In this document: positions 57,788-64,000 of the stretch, piece by piece
Layout of the letters: the number at the start of each line of letters is the position of its first letter
How positions within the stretch are numbered: the first letter of the stretch is position 1
Origin: Spirochaetales bacterium
GTDB taxonomy: Bacteria > Spirochaetota > Spirochaetia > JABEVK01
Direction: 5' to 3'
NCBI GenBank assembly: GCA_037142615.1
Contig: JBAXAI010000001.1
Span: 352,001 to 416,000 of the forward strand
DNA length: 64,000 nt
Made by a program: the position numbers and the translations under genes
Notes under the pieces: model-generated
The model's input: the letters and a program-made list of their open reading frames with translations, nothing else
Databases searched by the model: none
Told to the model about the DNA's origin: nothing

Positions 57788-58422
57788 TCCGGACGTCCCA
57801 CTTCCAGGATCAGCGTCCACCGGAGCGTGTAGGGCTGGGCAGAAGTCGAGGCCGGAAAAGTCGCATCGCGCAACCAGGTCCGCAACCAGAGGTCCAACTC
57901 GGGATTGCCTTCGCCGAGCCCCTCAATTGACGTGGCGAAACCGCCCTCGGCAGGCACCGAAAACACAAGGTTCCAACGTGCTCCTTGGGGAGGGACCAAA
58001 GACGGCGGAGGAAGCGGAGGAAGTTCGTGTCCTTCCGTCCGTGAACCCGAGCCCCAACCTGGTTTGGGAAGCTCCGGCGGTTCCGCCGTGGCGGTGACCA
58101 GGCCGGCCAAGAGCTCGTCGAGGCTTGCAGAAGAGGAGGTGAAAGCCAATAACTCGGGTGTTTGGCCCGGCAAATCCGTCGGTTGCCAAGCCCCCGTGAC
58201 GTTGACAGTCGCAGCGCTAACAGGAGGAGAGTATGGCAGCTTCCGCCCGGAACTCCCCGAGGCCGACGCGGGGCCGGAAACCGCCGACGCTGCCGTGAGA
58301 TGCATTTGGATGCGTTCCGGAGGTGCGGGAAGCAGGTTCTCGAGCCCCCAGGCGAACAAGGCCACCACCACGAGGTGCCCGGCGGCTGATACCAACCACG
58401 GACCTTTCGCGTGAAGGGTCAC
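57784..58422 (-). CDS. TonB/TolA-like energy transducer
   Basis: N-terminal TM with S-x3-H (VSAAGHL), Pro/Ser-rich linker, and a TonB_C-like end (F.V...GG...G.PELD......ATF). Confidence 0.7.
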   Translation of the reverse strand: MTLHAKGPWLVSAAGHLVVVALFAWGLENLLPAPPERIQMHLTAASAVSGPASASGSSGRKLPYSPPVSAATVNVTGAWQPTDLPGQTPELLAFTSSSASLDELLAGLVTATAEPPELPKPGWGSGSRTEGHELPPLPPPSLVPPQGARWNLVFSVPAEGGFATSIEGLGEGNPELDLWLRTWLRDATFPASTSAQPYTLRWTLILEVGRPE

Positions 58423-58848
58423 TCACCGGCTCCCGCGCGTCTGGGTCAACAGAGAAATGTCGGTGACCCCTTGGGCTCTGAGGGCGTCCATGACGGCGAT
58501 CAGCAGGGCGTAGGGAATTTCTTCGTCACCCTGCACCACTGCGGACGACCGGGCCGAGCCCAGGGTCGTCAATATCTGCCGGAGAACGGCCGAGAAACCT
58601 TCCAGGGTCACGGTCCGCCCTTGAAGGACCAGCGTGGAATCGCGGGTGATCGAGACGGTCAAGGTGTCGGTTGTCACCAGTTGGCCAGTCTGCGCGTCGG
58701 GAAGTTTGACGTCGATGGCCCCTTGAATCTGAAAACTGACGCTCAACACGAAGCAGATCAGCACCAGAAGCACGTCGATCAGTGGAGTTAGGAGCAGAGA
58801 CGGTGGTTCGCTGGACGTGCGGCGGAGCCGATAGGCCGGCTCAACCAC
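58423..58848 (-). CDS. exbD: ExbD/TolR family biopolymer transport protein
   Basis: LTPLIDVLLVL (conserved TM Asp), V.LP.A and V.GD...PY.....VMD.L...G; probable GTG start overlapping the exbB stop. Confidence 0.92.
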   Translation of the reverse strand: MVEPAYRLRRTSSEPPSLLLTPLIDVLLVLICFVLSVSFQIQGAIDVKLPDAQTGQLVTTDTLTVSITRDSTLVLQGRTVTLEGFSAVLRQILTTLGSARSSAVVQGDEEIPYALLIAVMDALRAQGVTDISLLTQTRGSR

Positions 58849-59449
58849 CTTGGGGCTCTCCGGTCGCCGACAGTTGCCCGGGAGCGGGGGAAGGTCCCAA
58901 CGCGGCAAGCACTGACTCAAGCTGGGACGTCAGGCCCAGCAGGTACTTCTGGAAGACCGCGTGCGCGCCGAGGCTGGGAATCGCGGTGACCAACCCGAGC
59001 GCGGTAGCGACCAACGCCTGAGCGATTCCCCCGGCCAAGGCTGACGGATCGGCCCCTCCCCCGGCCCGCAGGGCCAGGAACGAGACGATCATTCCGCACA
59101 CTGTGCCAAAGAGCCCGGCCAACGTCGCGAGATTGGCGAGGGCCGGGAAGTAGGCCAGCCGTTCCTCCAGCGGTGCCAGTAGATTCTGGGCCCGCATTTG
59201 CCGTAGGGCCGCCGACTCGTGGGCGTAGGCCAAAAGCTGAGCTACCGGGTGCGAAGGACCGGCTAGCGCGATGGCGCCGCGGAAATCGCCCGCGAGCGCA
59301 TGGTCGACAACTTCGGAAGCCGCCGGCCCGGCCAACGGTCGGGCCCCCTTCCAGTCCCCGAGTTTGGACAAAATCAACCCGACTGCGTACACCGAGAGCG
59401 CCAAGAGAGGAAGGACAAAGATCCCCATCTGCTGCAGAAAACCAATCAT
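58841..59449 (-). CDS. exbB: MotA/TolQ/ExbB proton channel family protein
   Basis: LA.LAGLFGTVCGMI.SF and LAGGIAQALVATALGL.TAIPS. Confidence 0.93.
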   Translation of the reverse strand: MIGFLQQMGIFVLPLLALSVYAVGLILSKLGDWKGARPLAGPAASEVVDHALAGDFRGAIALAGPSHPVAQLLAYAHESAALRQMRAQNLLAPLEERLAYFPALANLATLAGLFGTVCGMIVSFLALRAGGGADPSALAGGIAQALVATALGLVTAIPSLGAHAVFQKYLLGLTSQLESVLAALGPSPAPGQLSATGEPQGG

Positions 59450-59706
59450 GCGAGCAACTCCTCGAGGGTAACCGGGACAGGGTCTCGGCTTTCATTACCC
59501 GACTCGGAGGGGAACGTGACCGACTGCCAGATCGCCGCTGGGGGCTTTAATAGCGGTGGGGGTGAAGGAATTGCTGGGGGGCTGGAGGGTGCCTTCAGAA
59601 AATCCGTGTCGAAAGCCCGGATCTCGGTGACACCAAAGGTTTGTGACCCGATGACGAAAGGCAAAAAGAGCCCTAGAATGACCGCCAATATCCGTGTGAA
59701 ACGCAC
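59446..59706 (-). CDS. Small hypothetical exported/membrane Pro-rich protein
   Basis: 86 aa: basic N-terminus, hydrophobic segment, Pro-rich linker. ATGA overlap with exbB; extended -10 just upstream of the GTG. Confidence 0.6.
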   Translation of the reverse strand: MRFTRILAVILGLFLPFVIGSQTFGVTEIRAFDTDFLKAPSSPPAIPSPPPLLKPPAAIWQSVTFPSESGNESRDPVPVTLEELLA

Positions 59707-59712
59707 AAAGAG

Positions 59713-59721
59713 AGTATACCA
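59713..59721 (-). promoter_or_regulatory. Extended -10 promoter of small ORF-exbB-exbD-tonB-tamB-bamA-skp operon
   Basis: Minus strand TGgTATACT, 6 nt upstream of GTG 59706. Confidence 0.6.
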
Positions 59722-59726
59722 GAATT

Positions 59727-60350
59727 ATGCACACTGACAAAAGGGAAGTTCTGCACGGCTTTTTCGTTCTCGAGGGCATCGATGGGGCTGGAACGACCAC
59801 TCAACTTCGCCGCCTTGAGGCCCGTGCCGTCGAGACCGGCCTTTCGCTGCGTGCCGATTGCGAACCTACACCCTATCCGGCTGGCGTGCTGATCCGGCAA
59901 ATCCTCCGCCGCGAGGTTACCGCGCACCCCGGGACGATCGCACGCCTGTTTGCCGCCGACCGCCAGCAGCACCTGGAAGGTTTGGGAGGGATCCGCGAGG
60001 CCGTTTCGGGCGGGATCAAGGTCCTGTCTGACCGCTACTTTTTCAGCAGTCTTGCCTATCAGAGCCTGGAGTGCGGCTGGGAAGCCGTGGCCGAGCTGAA
60101 CGCCGGTTTTCCGCTCCCGGAAGCCCTTTTCTTTCTGGACATCGAAGTCATGACCGCCCAACACCGAATCAACAGCCGGGGCCAGGCCCGCGAGATCTAC
60201 GAAGACGCACTTGTGCAGGAAAAAGTCCGGCAAGGCTATCACCGCGCCATCGATGAAGCTCAGGCTCAGGGGCTCGAAGTGCACCGTCTCGATGCAAGGC
60301 TGGGTGTCGAAGAGTTGACAGACTCCATTTGGGCCAGAATCTGCCGATAA
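59727..60350 (+). CDS. tmk: Thymidylate kinase
   Basis: LEGIDGAGTTTQ, EPT, LFAADR..H and SDRY..SSLAYQ. Confidence 0.96.
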   Translation: MHTDKREVLHGFFVLEGIDGAGTTTQLRRLEARAVETGLSLRADCEPTPYPAGVLIRQILRREVTAHPGTIARLFAADRQQHLEGLGGIREAVSGGIKVLSDRYFFSSLAYQSLECGWEAVAELNAGFPLPEALFFLDIEVMTAQHRINSRGQAREIYEDALVQEKVRQGYHRAIDEAQAQGLEVHRLDARLGVEELTDSIWARICR

Positions 60351-60357
60351 TCTGGGA

Positions 60358-60957
60358 ATGAAGCGCCTCGCGGCCGTCCTGGTGATGCTGGGACTGCTGG
60401 CCTCACCGGCTCACGCCTACAAGATTCTCTACGCCGAGCAGTGGTACAAGCTTGTTCACCGCCACCTCGAGGAAGACCCCGACAACGCGCTGGAGAACAT
60501 CTACTATCTGGAACGGGCGCTCCGGTCTGACTTTGCGAATCCCCTGAATGCTCTGACCAAGGTCGATACTCCCGACCAGTGGGAACACTACCGTGACCTG
60601 TTCCGCATGCACGTCAACCTGACGCTTGTTCAACAGACCCTGACTCTGGGCAGCAACTACGACAAGCAGAATGCCTACTTCTACAACTACCCCTGGAAAT
60701 GGGCAAACCTCGACAGCCTAAAAAAGGCCGAGGCCGTTTACCAGACCGCAAAAGGCTACTGGACCGAAGCGCAGGCCGAGGCCGTCAAAGCCAACGCCAA
60801 GCCGTGGATGTTCCTGCCCGATTTGCAGTTCTGGCAGGACGAGGCGTTCCGGATTGGGAATGGAGACCTGAACTACGGCAAGACGATCGACAAGGCTCTG
60901 ACCCACCTGGAGGGCGTCCGCAAGGCCTTCGAGGCCATGGGACCGACTACCTACTGA
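60358..60957 (+). CDS. Hypothetical exported helical protein
   Basis: Signal peptide ending AHA; motifs YAEQWYKL, LE.AL..DFANP.NAL and YDK..AYFYN; strong codon bias. Confidence 0.82.
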   Translation: MKRLAAVLVMLGLLASPAHAYKILYAEQWYKLVHRHLEEDPDNALENIYYLERALRSDFANPLNALTKVDTPDQWEHYRDLFRMHVNLTLVQQTLTLGSNYDKQNAYFYNYPWKWANLDSLKKAEAVYQTAKGYWTEAQAEAVKANAKPWMFLPDLQFWQDEAFRIGNGDLNYGKTIDKALTHLEGVRKAFEAMGPTTY

Positions 60958-61982
60958 GGGGCCGAGTCGGTGGCCACGAAATACATGTCCATCTCGCCCT
61001 TCCCCTTCACTTCGGCGACCCGCCGTTTTTCCAGCGGGATCCGGTCGACCACCAGGTCACGGGTCACCCGGGAAATGTTGATTTTTCCGGGTTCGGAAAG
61101 GTGCTCCATCCGGCTGGCGATATTCACAGTATCTCCAAATATATCATAGAGATACTTGGTGCTCCCGACGATACCGCCAATGACGGAACCCGAATGGATG
61201 CCCACCCGCAGGTTCCATTGCAGGCCACCCTCCACATTTCGGCGCGCCACAAAGCCCACCATTTCCCGGGCGGCAGAGACCATTGCCATGGCGTGGTCGG
61301 GATGAGCTTCGGGCAGGCCAGAGGCTGCCAGGTACGCGTCGCCGATGGTCTTGATCCGTTCACAACCGTGCTGCGCCATGATTTGGTCGAAGGCCGAATA
61401 AAGGACGTTAAGCTCCGAAATAATCTGCCCCGGACTGAGTACCGAGGAGGCATCGGTAAACCCGACAAAGTCAGAGAAAAGGATAGAAACCTCGGGAAAA
61501 AGCTGCGGTTTGCAGAAACCTTGGGTGCGAAGTTCTTGCACCACTTTCGCGGGTAACATGGCGTTGAGCAGTTCTTCGCTCCTTCGCTGTTCCCGACGCA
61601 GGGCCAAATGGACCCCAACGCGGGCGAGAACCTCTTCGGCGTGGAAGGGTTTGGTGATGTAGTCGACACCGCCGACGGCAAAGGCGGCCACCTTGTTGGA
61701 AGTCGCCTCGAGGGCGCTGATGAAAAGTACAGGGATCGACTCCAGCTCTGGAACCTGTTTGAGCCGACGGCAGACCTCCAGTCCATCCATTCCTGGCATG
61801 GTGATGTCGAGCAGAATCAGATCCGGAGGCTGCCGCGAGGCGGCTTCCAGTGCCATGGCACCCCGCGTGAAGAGGACCACCCGGTACTTCACCCGCTGCA
61901 GGATTTCCTGGAGCAGCCGGAGGTTGTCGGGAAGGTCATCGACGATCATGATCGTTTCATCGCCGTGGGGGACGGTCTTCAT
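60951..61982 (-). CDS. Response regulator receiver-adenylate cyclase
   Basis: REC (IVDD, LILLDITMPGMDG, DYITKPF) plus cyclase LFSDFVGFT, IKTIGDAY and YDIFGDTVNIASRME; ATGA overlap with the kinase; SD AAGGAG. Confidence 0.95.
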   Translation of the reverse strand: MKTVPHGDETIMIVDDLPDNLRLLQEILQRVKYRVVLFTRGAMALEAASRQPPDLILLDITMPGMDGLEVCRRLKQVPELESIPVLFISALEATSNKVAAFAVGGVDYITKPFHAEEVLARVGVHLALRREQRRSEELLNAMLPAKVVQELRTQGFCKPQLFPEVSILFSDFVGFTDASSVLSPGQIISELNVLYSAFDQIMAQHGCERIKTIGDAYLAASGLPEAHPDHAMAMVSAAREMVGFVARRNVEGGLQWNLRVGIHSGSVIGGIVGSTKYLYDIFGDTVNIASRMEHLSEPGKINISRVTRDLVVDRIPLEKRRVAEVKGKGEMDMYFVATDSAPQ

Positions 61983-64000
61983 GGGGGTAGTCTCCTTGAG
62001 TTCAGCCACTGGTCCAGTCCGTCGTAGTCAAACTGCCCGAGCAGCGACCTGAGGCTGTCGGCTTCTTCCGGACCAGTCAGCGCGACCAGATCACAAAGCT
62101 GGTAGAGGAGTTTGATGTCGCCTCCGGCAGCAGCAGCCCTCAACCGCTGGGCCAGGTCGTCGGGTATCCGCGCACTCCGCGAGGGGGAACCACGGTCATC
62201 GGAAGCTTGTGGAGTTTCCACGACGTCAGGTGGCTCCAACAGCGAGTCCCAAAGCGCCGGGACTTCCAGCCCGAAGGATACGGTGGTACCCACGCCAGGC
62301 TGGCTTGTCAGGCCAAGAGAGCCCCCCATGAGTTCTACCAACCTGCGTGAGAGACTCAAACCCAAGCCGATTCCCCCGTGTTCCCGGGTGGGCGAGCCAT
62401 CCACCTGCGTGAGGGGCAACCACAGCGAGGCCAACTTGTCTTCTGGGATCCCGACCCCGGTGTCTTGGATCCGAAACAGCAGGTGGGCCAAGGGTCCGTG
62501 CTGCTCGGCCTCGACGGACAGTTCGACCCGGCCGGAACGGGTGAACTTGACGGCATTCTCGAGCAGGTAGTCCAGAATCTGCACGAGTCTCGGGCCATCA
62601 ACTTCCACCTGCGCTGGAATGCCCGGCTTCAAAGTCAGCTGGAACTCGAGACCGTGGTTGGTGGCCAACTGGCGGGTCTGCGAGTTGACCTGAAGCAAGA
62701 GCGGGGCCAACGCTGTCTGGGCGACGGTGAGGCTGAGGGTCCCGGATTCCAGCCTCGAAAAGTCCAGGAGTCCTTCGATCTGGCGTCGCAGAACGTTTCC
62801 ATTCCTTCGGACCAGGGCCGCGAAGTTCCTCTGGGTCTGGCTCAGTTCACCTTGCAGAAGCAGTTCTGAGAACCCTATCACCGAAGCGAGTGGCGTACGC
62901 ATTTCGTGGCTGACGTTTTGGACGAACTCGCTCTTGAGGCGGTTTGCCACCTCCGCCTTGTCTTTGGCGACCACCAGCTCATCGACAGTAAGAAGCAACC
63001 TTTGGGCCATGATTCGGAACGAGTCGTTGAGGATGCGCAGTTCGCGGATCCGACCGGCAGGAGGAAGGGTCAGGGTCCATTCGCCATCGGTGAAGGACTC
63101 GACGTAGCGGGTGAGTTCGGCGAGCGGCCTCGTCATCCTTCGCGTCATCCACTGGTTTGCCAGCAGGGTCAGGAGCAAAATCGTCAGAATCACCAGGCCG
63201 GTAACAGCAAACTCCTGGTTGACCAACCCCAGAAAGTCGTTCTCTGGCAGGAGTGTCACGACAACCCAGGGCAAACCGGTGACCTGAGGCAGAAGACTGG
63301 CCTGGCCGAGAAAGCGCCCGTTCTGCCCGGGAAACTCAAAGGATTGGGGTGAACCGTCCTTGAGAAGCCGCAGGTCGGTGCCGAAGTTCCCTGTCAGCGA
63401 CTGGTAGGCACTCCGGAGGACCGGGTCGACGCTCTCAGCGGCGTTGCGTCGCAGAAACGTCTTTGTGGCCTTGTCGGTCGAAAATGGGACTTCTCCCGTC
63501 GAGGTCGCCACCAGCAACCCGGAAGTTTCCAAGACAAAACTCTGTCCGGTTTTGCCTACTTTCAGCGAGGCCAACAAGGAGCCAAGATGGGAAAGGAACA
63601 CATCGACCCCGACAACGCCCAGCTGCTTCCACTGGGAATCGAAAACGGGCGCAAAGGCACTGACGGCGAGATCCTGGCCGGTGAACAGGACGTAAGGCGC
63701 AGTCCAGCCGGCGCGACCGGACTGCGCCGCCTGCAGGAACCACGAGCGAGTTCGGCTATCAAACGACGCCAGCGAGCTCACCAGAACGGTGGGTTTGCCG
63801 TTGCTGTCAACGGCGAACTTGTTGAACACTCCGGCTTGGAATTGCTCAGTCCGGATGACGTATTGAGAACCGTTTGACCCTTCGCGGCCGGAATTGGCGA
63901 GTCCGCCTTGGGGGTTGCCGAAGTAAATGCTGTTGACCGAGTCGAACATTTGAAGTTGGTTCCAGAAGTAGGACAACAGGAGTTCCTGGTCGGCAGGATT
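61979..64000 (-). CDS. Sensor histidine kinase (Cache-HAMP-HisKA-HATPase), 5'-truncated by window edge
   Basis: Cache-like FD.RTR.WF and GVVGVD, TM, HAMP, KSEF..NVSHEMRTPL, NAVKFT, DTGVGI and G.GLGL. The frame is open to 64000. Confidence 0.94.
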   Translation of the reverse strand, partial: NPADQELLLSYFWNQLQMFDSVNSIYFGNPQGGLANSGREGSNGSQYVIRTEQFQAGVFNKFAVDSNGKPTVLVSSLASFDSRTRSWFLQAAQSGRAGWTAPYVLFTGQDLAVSAFAPVFDSQWKQLGVVGVDVFLSHLGSLLASLKVGKTGQSFVLETSGLLVATSTGEVPFSTDKATKTFLRRNAAESVDPVLRSAYQSLTGNFGTDLRLLKDGSPQSFEFPGQNGRFLGQASLLPQVTGLPWVVVTLLPENDFLGLVNQEFAVTGLVILTILLLTLLANQWMTRRMTRPLAELTRYVESFTDGEWTLTLPPAGRIRELRILNDSFRIMAQRLLLTVDELVVAKDKAEVANRLKSEFVQNVSHEMRTPLASVIGFSELLLQGELSQTQRNFAALVRRNGNVLRRQIEGLLDFSRLESGTLSLTVAQTALAPLLLQVNSQTRQLATNHGLEFQLTLKPGIPAQVEVDGPRLVQILDYLLENAVKFTRSGRVELSVEAEQHGPLAHLLFRIQDTGVGIPEDKLASLWLPLTQVDGSPTREHGGIGLGLSLSRRLVELMGGSLGLTSQPGVGTTVSFGLEVPALWDSLLEPPDVVETPQASDDRGSPSRSARIPDDLAQRLRAAAAGGDIKLLYQLCDLVALTGPEEADSLRSLLGQFDYDGLDQWLNSRRLPP

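Noticed and set aside
60315-60353. TTGACA near the end of tmk as a promoter for 60358
   Set aside because: No -10 at 16-18 bp spacing.

Overview
A 64-kb, gene-dense core-genome segment, almost certainly from a spirochaete (class Spirochaetia). Supporting features are the long ~894-aa GreA, the cmk-rpsA fusion, NusA with a C-terminal Zn-ribbon, the rpoD-Zn-ribbon-mreBCD block and the tamB-bamA-skp...mutS-comF-rimP-nusA-infB-rbfA-truB-ribF-rpsO-pnp...lptF/G-tgt-murJ order. It holds about 54 CDS plus RNase P RNA (rnpB). I saw no tRNA, rRNA, CRISPR array or mobile element. The most notable item is a complete ExbB/ExbD/TonB-like proton-motor set, with a small leader protein, translationally coupled directly to tamB-bamA-skp, with no TonB-dependent receptor or TolB/Pal in the window. 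This suggests a possibly energised TAM/BAM envelope-assembly module. Other points: a CTTCC-N4-GGAAG palindrome shared upstream of recA and mutS; several apparently leaderless genes, including a 20-bp bidirectional promoter; an internal SD/ATG in cmk-rpsA; a rimP leader attenuator; two class III adenylate cyclase signalling modules; and several uncharacterised envelope proteins. All calls come from reading motifs by eye; no searches were run.
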